Assembly (NCBI GenBank): GCA_023391335.1
Contig: JAEWBG010000059.1
Span: 504 to 64,503, forward strand
Reading direction: 5' to 3'
Length of the DNA: 64,000 bases
Source of the DNA: Pseudomonadota bacterium
GTDB taxonomy: Bacteria; Pseudomonadota; Gammaproteobacteria; Steroidobacterales; Steroidobacteraceae
In this document: in pieces, positions 56,869-64,000 of the stretch
Layout: each line of letters starts with the position of its first letter
How positions within the stretch are numbered: the stretch's first letter is position 1
Notes under the pieces: generated by a model
Databases searched by the model: none
What the model saw: only the letters and a program-made list of their open reading frames with translations
Told to the model about the DNA's origin: nothing
Made by a program: the position numbers and the translations under genes

Positions 56869-57088
56869 CTTTCCTTCGCGCCCTGCGCCCCCTGATTCGA
56901 TCCAAAACACGCCGCTTGCGGTTCCTGAAACTCGGCTTCGCCCGGGGCTGCTCAGCCGTTGACGTGTCCGCCCCAGCGGTTCAGAAACAGGGTGATTTCA
57001 AGCCTTCCTTAGGTATACTCCGCGGCCCGCTGCGTCGGTCGGCCGATGCAGAGTACGCGCCTGGATAAGCAATCCCAGACGCTCGGCC

Positions 57089-57174
57089 GCGAAAGTGGCG
57101 GAACTGGTAGACGCGCTGGATTTAGGTTCCAGTGGGTAACCCCCGTGAGGGTTCGAGTCCCTCCTTTCGCACCA
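57089..57174 (+). tRNA. tRNA-Leu (anticodon TAG), long variable arm
   Basis: The acceptor stem is GCGAAAG/CTTTCGC, the anticodon arm is CTGGA-TTTAGGT-TCCAG, the T arm is GAGGG-TTCGAGT-CCCTC, and CCA is encoded. 86 nt. Confidence 0.9.
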
Positions 57175-57218
57175 CTGATATGAGTGGGCACCGTGCTTCA
57201 ACACAGAGGTCTTGATCA

Positions 57219-58511
57219 ATGCACGTTTCGGTAGAGTCGACCGGCACGCTCGAGCGCCGGATGGAAGTTCAGGTGCCTGCTGAGCGCATTCAGAAGGCAG
57301 TCGACGAACGCCTGCAGAAGCTCAGTCGCACGGTTCGTTTGAAGGGCTTCCGTCCCGGCAAGGTTCCGGTGAAGGTCGTGCGTCAGCAGTTCGGCGAGCA
57401 AGTTCGCCAAGAAGTGCTCGGCGATGTCGTGCAGTCGACGTTTGCGGAGGCGGTTTCTCAAGAGAAGCTCACGCCCGCCGGCGGACCTCGCATCGAGCCG
57501 CTGAATCTGGAGCAGGGCGGTGATCTCAAATACCGCGCCACGTTCGAAATCGTGCCCCCCATTCAACTTGCACCTGTCGAGAACCTCGAAATTGCGCGTC
57601 CCGCGGTGGAAGTCACGCCAGCCGACGTCGAGACGATGATTCAGAACCTGCGTGAACAGCGTCCTATTTATACGGCGGTCGATCGCGAAGCGAAGGACAC
57701 GGATCGCGTCACCATCGACTTCGAGGGTACGGTCGATGGGCAGCCGTTCGAAGGCAACAAGGGCGAGAACATTGCGATCGTCATCGGGGCCGGCCGCATG
57801 CTCGCGGACTTCGAAGCAGGCCTCAAAGGTGCAAAGCCCGGTGAGCAGAAGACGATCGAGCTGGTTTTCCCGGAGAACTATCCCGCGGATCTCGCTGGTA
57901 AGAAGGCAGTGTTCGCCATCAACGTGAAGAGCGTCGAAGAACGCACGCTCCCCGAGCTCGATGACGCGTTCTGCAAATCGTTCGGCATCGAGCAGGGCGG
58001 TGCGGAGCAGTTGCGCAAGGAAGTGGAAGAGAACATGAAGACCGAGCTGGCCGATGCGGTGCGCTCGAATGTGAAGAAGCAGGTAATGGATGGCCTCTTG
58101 GCGGCCAACCAGGTCGAGCTGCCGAAGACCATGGTCGACACGCAAGTGCGCGAGCTCCAAGTCGATGCGGCGCGTCGCATGGGCGCACGCGATGCCTCGC
58201 AGATTCCGCCTGCGGAGAACTTCATGGAAGCGGCGCGGCGCAGAGTTGCGTTGACGTTGCTGGTCAGTGAATTGGTGCGGAGCGCCGGAATTAAGGTGAA
58301 TCAATCGCAGGTGATGGCGCGCTTTCAAGAACTCGCGCAGCAGCTCGATGACCCTGCGCAGGCGCTACAAACGTATCGCCAAAATCCGCAATTGCAGCGG
58401 CAGATGGAAGCCTCGGTGCTCGAGGACCAGGTTGTCGAGTGGGTGTTGGAGCGCGCTCGGGTGACGGATAAGCCGTCGACCTTTAAAGAAGTGATGAACT
58501 TCGGCGCGTAG
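57219..58511 (+). CDS. tig: trigger factor
   Basis: 430 aa. The N-terminal ribosome-binding region includes GFRPGKVPVKVV. It sits in tig-clpP-clpX-lon synteny. Confidence 0.9.
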   Translation: MHVSVESTGTLERRMEVQVPAERIQKAVDERLQKLSRTVRLKGFRPGKVPVKVVRQQFGEQVRQEVLGDVVQSTFAEAVSQEKLTPAGGPRIEPLNLEQGGDLKYRATFEIVPPIQLAPVENLEIARPAVEVTPADVETMIQNLREQRPIYTAVDREAKDTDRVTIDFEGTVDGQPFEGNKGENIAIVIGAGRMLADFEAGLKGAKPGEQKTIELVFPENYPADLAGKKAVFAINVKSVEERTLPELDDAFCKSFGIEQGGAEQLRKEVEENMKTELADAVRSNVKKQVMDGLLAANQVELPKTMVDTQVRELQVDAARRMGARDASQIPPAENFMEAARRRVALTLLVSELVRSAGIKVNQSQVMARFQELAQQLDDPAQALQTYRQNPQLQRQMEASVLEDQVVEWVLERARVTDKPSTFKEVMNFGA

Positions 58512-58566
58512 AGTGCCTGCGTATGGCGTGCTCGTTGGGAGTGAGGTAGAAAGCTCAAATCGAGGA

Positions 58567-58594
58567 CTTGCTCATTGCAAGTTCGTCCCCACTT
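58567..58594 (+). promoter_or_regulatory. candidate sigma32 (heat-shock) promoter for clpP-clpX
   Basis: CTTGCTC (58567-58573), a 13-nt spacer, then CCCCACTT (58587-58594). Compare the consensus CTTGAAA-N13/14-CCCCATNT. Confidence 0.45.
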
Positions 58595-58629
58595 CAGCGA
58601 GCACACTTTAGATCAAAGGCCACAGTCGA

Positions 58630-59265
58630 ATGAGTCGCGGAGCTATGAACCTAGTCCCAATGGTCGTCGAGCAAACGGCTCGCGGCGAACGTGCTTATGA
58701 CATCTATTCGCGCCTGTTGAAGGAGCGAGTGATCTTCATCGTGGGTCCGATCGAGGACCATATGGCGAATTTGATCGTGGCGCAGCTGTTGTTCTTGGAG
58801 TCCGAGAACCCGGAAAAGGACATCGCGCTGTACATCAATTCTCCTGGTGGTTCGGTGAGCGCGGGCCTCTCGATCTACGACACGATGCAATTCATCAAGC
58901 CAGACGTAAGCACCATGTGCGTAGGTCAGGCAGCCAGCATGGGAGCAGTGCTCCTGGCGGGGGGCGCCAAGGGGAAGCGTTTCTCGTTGCCGCACTCGCG
59001 CATCATGATTCACCAGCCATTGGCTGGCTTTCAGGGCCAAGCTTCAGACATCGACATTCACGCCCGCGAGGTGCTCGAAACCCGCGACCGCCTGAATCGA
59101 ATCCTGTCCAAACATACTGGCCAAACGATCGACAAGATCCGCCAGGACACCGATCGCGACAATTTCATGGGTGGCGAGGCGGCATGCGCCTATGGATTGA
59201 TCGACCGCGTTATGGAACGGCGCGGTGAGGCCACGGCAGCAGCAGCGACACCGTCTGCTAAGTAA
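58630..59265 (+). CDS. clpP: ATP-dependent Clp protease proteolytic subunit
   Basis: Catalytic triad blocks are [11 protein letters not shown] (Ser) and IMIHQPLAG (His), with [11 protein letters not shown] also present. Confidence 0.95.
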   Translation: MSRGAMNLVPMVVEQTARGERAYDIYSRLLKERVIFIVGPIEDHMANLIVAQLLFLESENPEKDIALYINSPGGSVSAGLSIYDTMQFIKPDVSTMCVGQAASMGAVLLAGGAKGKRFSLPHSRIMIHQPLAGFQGQASDIDIHAREVLETRDRLNRILSKHTGQTIDKIRQDTDRDNFMGGEAACAYGLIDRVMERRGEATAAAATPSAK

Positions 59266-59416
59266 CTCACTTCCATCGGTTTTTTACTTACTCCGGGGCA
59301 GATCTTCGGCCCGGAGCAGGGCGTCTTTGCAGCTTGATGGCGCTGCGTGCTATATAGCCCCGACACCGTTTTCTTGCCCGAAAACGGTGGTTCGCGCTGA
59401 CCTTCGAGGGTGATCC

Positions 59417-60736
59417 ATGTCCGACGATTCCCGCGGCAAACACGATGACGGCAAGCTGCTCTACTGCTCTTTCTGCGGAAAGAGCCAGCACGAAGTGCGC
59501 AAGCTCATCGCTGGCCCATCTGTGTTCGTATGCGATGAGTGTGTAGAGCTCTGCAACGACATTATCCGCGAGGAGCTCGAAGAGCGCGCCGAGCGCACTC
59601 GCGACAAGCTGCCCCGCCCTCACGAGATCAAGAAAGTGCTGGATGAGTACGTGATCGGCCAGCAGCGCGCCAAGAAGGTGCTGTCGGTTGCGGTCTACAA
59701 CCATTACAAGCGCTTGCAGACCAAGACCTCCGAGCAGCGTTCGAAGGACGAGGTCGAGCTCGCCAAGAGCAATATCTTGCTGATTGGCCCGACGGGTTGC
59801 GGCAAGACCTTGCTCGCCGAGACATTAGCCCGCCTGCTCAACGTGCCGTTTACGATTGCCGACGCAACCACCCTCACGGAAGCGGGCTATGTCGGTGAGG
59901 ACGTCGAGAACATCATTCAAAAGCTGCTACAGAAGTGCGACTACGATGTTGAGAAGGCGCAGACCGGTATCGTCTACATCGACGAGATCGACAAGATTTC
60001 GCGCAAGTCTGACAACCCTTCGATCACACGCGATGTGTCTGGCGAAGGTGTGCAGCAGGCACTGTTGAAGCTTATCGAAGGCACGATTGCTTCCGTGCCG
60101 CCGCAGGGCGGCCGCAAGCATCCGCAGCAGGAATTCTTGCAGGTCGATACTTCGAACATTCTGTTTATATGCGGCGGCGCATTCGCGGGTCTGGAAAAGA
60201 TCATCATGAACCGCACCCAAAAGACCGGCATTGGCTTCACGGCCGATGTGCGCCAGCAGAGCGAACGGCCGCATGGGAGCGACGTGTTCCATGACGTCGA
60301 GCCGGAGGATCTGATCAAGTACGGTTTGATTCCGGAATTCGTCGGTCGTCTGCCGGTTGTCGCAACGCTCGATGAACTCGATGAATCTGCGCTCGTCTCC
60401 ATTTTGCTCGAGCCGAAGAACGCGTTGAGCAAGCAGTACCGCAAGCTATTCGACATGGAAGGCGTGGAGCTGGAGTTCCGTCCGGACGCACTCAAGGCAG
60501 TGGCCAAGAAAGCAATGCAGCGTAAAACCGGTGCTCGCGGCTTACGCACCATCCTCGAGAACATCCTGCTCGAGACGATGTACGAATTGCCGTCTTTGAG
60601 AAATGTACAGAAAGTGGTCGTCGACGAGAGCGTCATCCTGGGAGAGAGCAAGCCGTACATTCTTTATGGCAATGCCGAAGATGCACGGTTATCCGCTGTT
60701 GAGGAGCGACGTCCGACAGGTAGCGATCATCATTGA
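59417..60736 (+). CDS. clpX: ATP-dependent Clp protease ATP-binding subunit ClpX
   Basis: The zinc finger is [26 protein letters not shown] and the Walker A is [14 protein letters not shown]. Confidence 0.95.
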   Translation: MSDDSRGKHDDGKLLYCSFCGKSQHEVRKLIAGPSVFVCDECVELCNDIIREELEERAERTRDKLPRPHEIKKVLDEYVIGQQRAKKVLSVAVYNHYKRLQTKTSEQRSKDEVELAKSNILLIGPTGCGKTLLAETLARLLNVPFTIADATTLTEAGYVGEDVENIIQKLLQKCDYDVEKAQTGIVYIDEIDKISRKSDNPSITRDVSGEGVQQALLKLIEGTIASVPPQGGRKHPQQEFLQVDTSNILFICGGAFAGLEKIIMNRTQKTGIGFTADVRQQSERPHGSDVFHDVEPEDLIKYGLIPEFVGRLPVVATLDELDESALVSILLEPKNALSKQYRKLFDMEGVELEFRPDALKAVAKKAMQRKTGARGLRTILENILLETMYELPSLRNVQKVVVDESVILGESKPYILYGNAEDARLSAVEERRPTGSDHH

Positions 60737-60760
60737 TCGCGGACCGGACGGTGAGGAATC

Positions 60761-60793
60761 AACAGGGCGCTTCGAGCGCCCTGTTTTGTTTTT
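60761..60793 (+). terminator. Rho-independent terminator after clpX
   Basis: AACAGGGCGCT-TCG-AGCGCCCTGTT (11-bp stem) is followed by TTGTTTTT. Confidence 0.8.
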
Positions 60794-61024
60794 AGCGGTG
60801 GAGTTTCGATCGATGTCGCCGTACGCACCACACGCTGAGATGAATCTCTGCGTCGCAATGAGTTCATCCCTGCATTTCAAATGTGACGTGCGCCGCATCG
60901 GCAAAACCCGAAAGAATCTGCGCTCCTAAACGCTAGCGAGCGCGCTGTGCTTCCGGTATTTTCCTTAAACACATCTGCGATTCTTCCGTTTCGCAGCAGG
61001 ACGACTCACATATAGGTACTCCGC

Positions 61025-63481
61025 GTGAGCACAGATACTCCCGAAAACGCATCCCCAGAGAACTCGCAACCTGGCAGCCCCACGGCGATCCCCGTGCTGC
61101 CGCTGCGTGATGTCGTCGTCTATCCCCACATGGTCATTCCACTGTTCGTGGGGCGCGAGAAATCCATTCTCGCCCTCGATCAGGCGATGCGCTCCGGCAA
61201 GCAGATTCTGCTGGTCGCCCAAAAGCAAGCCGATGTGGACGATCCCAGCGCTCAGGATCTGTACCGTCTAGGCACGGTCGCGACGATTCTGCAGTTGCTC
61301 AAGCTGCCGGACGGCACCGTCAAGGTGCTCGTTGAAGGTGCTGAGCGCGCCAAGATCGAGAAGCTCAACACCGGCCAATTCTTCTCGGCCGAGATCAGCC
61401 CATACAAAGATATCGAGCAGTACGACGACCGCGAAATGGATGTGCTCGCGCGTTCGGTGACGTCCCAGTTCGAGCAGTACGTAAAGCTGAATCGCAAGGT
61501 GCCGCCGGAGGTGCTGACAGCCCTTGCCGGCATCGAACAGCCTGGCCGACTCGCGGATAACGTGGCGGCGCACATGTCGCTGAAGCTCGATGCCAAGCAG
61601 AAGGTGCTCGAGATCCAAGACGTTCGCAAACGCCTCGAACACATCCTCGCTCTCATCGAAGGCGAAATGGATGTACTGCAAATCGAGAAGCGCATCCGTG
61701 GCCGCGTGAAGCAGCAGATGGAAAAGAGCCAGCGCGAGTACTACCTAAATGAGCAGATGAAGGCCATTCAGAAGGAACTCGGCGAAATCGAAGATGCACC
61801 GAACGAACTCGCTGAGCTCGAACAGCGTATTCAGAAGGCGGGCATGCCGAAGGAAGCGCGCGACAAGGCCATGTCAGAGCTCAACAAGTTGAAGCTCATG
61901 TCGCCGATGTCGGCTGAAGCCACGGTGGTGCGTAACTACGTCGATTGGCTGGTGAAGTGCCCTTGGAAGAAGAAGACCAAGGTGCATAACGACATCGCCT
62001 TTGCCGAGAAAGTGCTCGACGAAGATCACTACGGTCTCGAGAAGGTCAAAGAACGCATCGTCGAATATCTCGCCGTGCAGCAGCGTGTGAAGACCTTGAA
62101 AGGTCCGATTCTCTGCTTGGTCGGGCCCCCGGGTGTGGGCAAGACCTCGCTCGGTCAATCGATCGCGAGATCGACGAATCGCAAGTTTGTCCGCATGTCG
62201 CTCGGCGGCGTGCGCGATGAAGCTGAAATTCGCGGGCACCGCCGCACCTACATTGGTTCGATGCCCGGCAAGATCATTCAGAACATGGTGAAGACGGGTG
62301 TTCACAATCCGCTGTTCTTGCTGGATGAAATCGACAAGATGGCAATGGACTTCCGCGGCGATCCGTCATCCGCGTTGCTCGAGGTTCTCGATCCGGAGCA
62401 GAACTCCACGTTCAGCGATCACTATCTCGAGGTCGACTTCGATTTGTCTGAAGTGATGTTCGTTTGCACTGCGAACAGCCTAAATATTCCGGCTCCGTTG
62501 CTCGATCGTATGGAAGTAATTCGACTGCCTGGGTACACGGAAGACGAGAAGAGTGCGATCTCGCAGCGGTATCTGTTGCCTAAACAGAAGAAGCAGAACG
62601 GCTTGAAGGACGATGAGTTGAAAGTGTCCGAAGCGACGCTGCTCGACATCATTCGGTACTACACGCGCGAAGCCGGCGTTCGTAACCTCGAGCGCGAGGT
62701 GTCGAAGATCTGCCGCAAGGCCGTGAAGCAGTTGCTGGCCAAGCCCGACACGGGTGTCGTGAACGTCACGCCGAAGAACTTGAGCAAGTATCTGGGTGTA
62801 CGACGATTCCGCTACGGTCGTGCGGAGGAGCAAGATCATGTCGGTCAAGTGACTGGGCTTGCGTGGACCGAAGTCGGCGGCGAATTGCTGACGATCGAAG
62901 CAGCCGTGGTGCCCGGCAAGGGCAAACTCACGCACACCGGCCAACTCGGCGAGGTGATGCAGGAGTCGATTCAGGCAGCGATGACGGTCGTGCGTAGTCG
63001 CGCCGCGGTGCTGGGATTGGATGCTGATTTCTATCAGAAGGTCGACGTGCACATTCACGTGCCGGAAGGCGCAACGCCGAAAGACGGGCCGAGTGCGGGC
63101 ATCGGCATGTGCACAGCCCTCGTATCGTCGCTGACGAAAGTCCCAGTGCGTTCCGACGTGGCGATGACGGGCGAAATTACTTTGCGCGGACAGGTGCTCC
63201 CGATTGGCGGCCTGAAGGAGAAGCTGCTGGCGGCTCATCGCGGCGGCATTCGTACGGTCTTGATTCCCGACGACAACACTAAGGATCTGGCGGACATCCC
63301 GCAGAACATCAAGGACAGTCTCGAAATCAAGCCGGTGAAGTGGATTGATGAAGTCCTGCAAGTCGCGTTGACGCACATGCCTGCTCCTACGCAGGCCGCT
63401 ACCGACGCACCACGCGCGAACGACAAAGGCCGCACGCGCCGCGTTGGAAAGCGCGCGAACAAGCAGGTGAGGGCGCATTAG
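61025..63481 (+). CDS. lon: Lon protease (LonA)
   Basis: 818 aa. The Walker A is [13 protein letters not shown] and the catalytic Ser block is [18 protein letters not shown] start. Confidence 0.95.
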   Translation: MSTDTPENASPENSQPGSPTAIPVLPLRDVVVYPHMVIPLFVGREKSILALDQAMRSGKQILLVAQKQADVDDPSAQDLYRLGTVATILQLLKLPDGTVKVLVEGAERAKIEKLNTGQFFSAEISPYKDIEQYDDREMDVLARSVTSQFEQYVKLNRKVPPEVLTALAGIEQPGRLADNVAAHMSLKLDAKQKVLEIQDVRKRLEHILALIEGEMDVLQIEKRIRGRVKQQMEKSQREYYLNEQMKAIQKELGEIEDAPNELAELEQRIQKAGMPKEARDKAMSELNKLKLMSPMSAEATVVRNYVDWLVKCPWKKKTKVHNDIAFAEKVLDEDHYGLEKVKERIVEYLAVQQRVKTLKGPILCLVGPPGVGKTSLGQSIARSTNRKFVRMSLGGVRDEAEIRGHRRTYIGSMPGKIIQNMVKTGVHNPLFLLDEIDKMAMDFRGDPSSALLEVLDPEQNSTFSDHYLEVDFDLSEVMFVCTANSLNIPAPLLDRMEVIRLPGYTEDEKSAISQRYLLPKQKKQNGLKDDELKVSEATLLDIIRYYTREAGVRNLEREVSKICRKAVKQLLAKPDTGVVNVTPKNLSKYLGVRRFRYGRAEEQDHVGQVTGLAWTEVGGELLTIEAAVVPGKGKLTHTGQLGEVMQESIQAAMTVVRSRAAVLGLDADFYQKVDVHIHVPEGATPKDGPSAGIGMCTALVSSLTKVPVRSDVAMTGEITLRGQVLPIGGLKEKLLAAHRGGIRTVLIPDDNTKDLADIPQNIKDSLEIKPVKWIDEVLQVALTHMPAPTQAATDAPRANDKGRTRRVGKRANKQVRAH

Positions 63482-63500
63482 ACGGCGACTACGTCGCCGT
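63482..63500 (+). terminator. hairpin immediately after the lon stop (weak terminator candidate)
   Basis: ACGGCGAC-TAC-GTCGCCGT has an 8-bp perfect stem. No T-tract follows. Confidence 0.3.
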
Positions 63501-63504
63501 GACC

Positions 63505-63574
63505 GGGTGAGGCGTTAGGGAAGTGAAACGTGGAGAGCGCGCCGAGCCGCGCTACACCTTTCACTTGCTCACCC
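63505..63574. repeat. Family D palindromic element (GTGAG-rich arms)
   Basis: GGGTGAGGCGTTAGGGAAGTGAAACGTGG (63505-63533) pairs with CCTTTCACTTGCTCACCC (63557-63574). The centre has the hairpin AGCGCG-CCGAGC-CGCGCT. The outer GGGTGAG and inner AAGTGAAA boxes match those at 10653-10745. Confidence 0.75.
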
Positions 63575-63606
63575 GATCATATTTTTCACTTTATTCCGCA
63601 TAACCG

Positions 63607-63636
63607 TTGACCCTCCCTTTGGTGCGCTGCTATAAC
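63607..63636 (+). promoter_or_regulatory. candidate sigma70 promoter for hupB
   Basis: TTGACC (63607-63612), an 18-nt spacer, then TATAAC (63631-63636). It lies 52 nt upstream of the hupB ATG. Confidence 0.5.
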
Positions 63637-63688
63637 GCGCCGCCGCCGAGAAGGCGGACATTTTCGATTGAGAGCGTAGGTATTTCAC

Positions 63689-63961
63689 ATGAACAAAGCC
63701 GAATTGATCGATGCTGTGAGCGGACAGACGGGCCTGCAAAAGGCTGACGCGACTCGTGCAGTGGATGCCGTGTTCGAGTCCATCACCGCGGCGCTCAAGT
63801 CCGGCGATTCCGTGGCTCTGCTGGGCTTCGGTACCTTTGTCGTGAAGGGTCGTGCCGCTCGTGCTGGTCGCAATCCGCGCACTGGCGAAACAATCGAAAT
63901 CGCCGCCAGCAAAGTACCCGCTTTCAAAGCTGGCAAGGCTCTAAAGGATGCTGTAAATTAG
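63689..63961 (+). CDS. hupB: DNA-binding protein HU-beta
   Basis: 90 aa. [10 protein letters not shown]... and the arm [12 protein letters not shown] are present. It lies downstream of lon, as in E. coli. Confidence 0.9.
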   Translation: MNKAELIDAVSGQTGLQKADATRAVDAVFESITAALKSGDSVALLGFGTFVVKGRAARAGRNPRTGETIEIAASKVPAFKAGKALKDAVN

Positions 63962-64000
63962 CGCGCCTTTCGCGGGGGCTCGATAGCGAGCGCACCGTGT

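Noticed and set aside
60794-61024. A sigma32 heat-shock promoter upstream of lon, analogous to the clpP candidate.
   Set aside because: The best match (CCTTAAA ... CTTCCGTTT) lacks the CCCCAT core, so I could not find a convincing -35/-10 pair by eye.

Overview
This is a 64-kb stretch of core chromosome from a moderately GC-rich proteobacterium. The gene order looks gammaproteobacterial: glyA-nrdR-ribD-ribE-ribB-ribH-nusB-thiL-pgpA, xseB-ispA-dxs, parE-parC, prmB-aroC, asd-fimV-truA-accD-folC-dedD-cvpA-purF, lpxH-ppi, gltX-cysS, a tRNA cluster, and tig-clpP-clpX-lon-hupB. I call 52 protein genes (purL is cut by the left edge), 5 tRNAs (Pro-Arg-His-Lys-Leu) and one split tRNA-Arg 3' fragment. 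I see no transposase, integrase, phage, CRISPR-cas, toxin-antitoxin or known defence genes, so there is no obvious protein-encoded novel system.

The unusual content is non-coding. About 20 intergenic sites carry palindromic elements whose arms are short tandem repeats of 7-9 nt units. There are at least five unit families: CACGGAG, GTGACTA+GCGGATA, GGCTGGA, GTGAG-rich and GGACGCAACACAAAG, plus a lone (AAACGGC)4. Only the arms recur. The centres are unique, unit numbers vary, and solo arms, mixed-family pairs and one nested copy occur. The purine-rich arm usually begins at, or even supplies, the stop codon of the upstream gene. The complementary pyrimidine-rich arm ends 3-15 nt before the next start codon or tRNA. 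I do not recognise these as a described repeat family.

Secondary points:
- a split duplicate of the tRNA-Arg 3' end, which looks like an att-like scar
- a 704-bp ORF-poor divergent region
- a rubrerythrin / Fe-S / DUF3501 cluster with a promoter-plus-palindrome leader
- a fully degenerate REC-PAS-GGDEF-EAL (FimX-like) protein
- two Hanks-type kinases with unusual partner domains, one of them start/stop-overlapped with miaE

All calls come from reading the sequence and the ORF track. No searches, folding or statistics were run.
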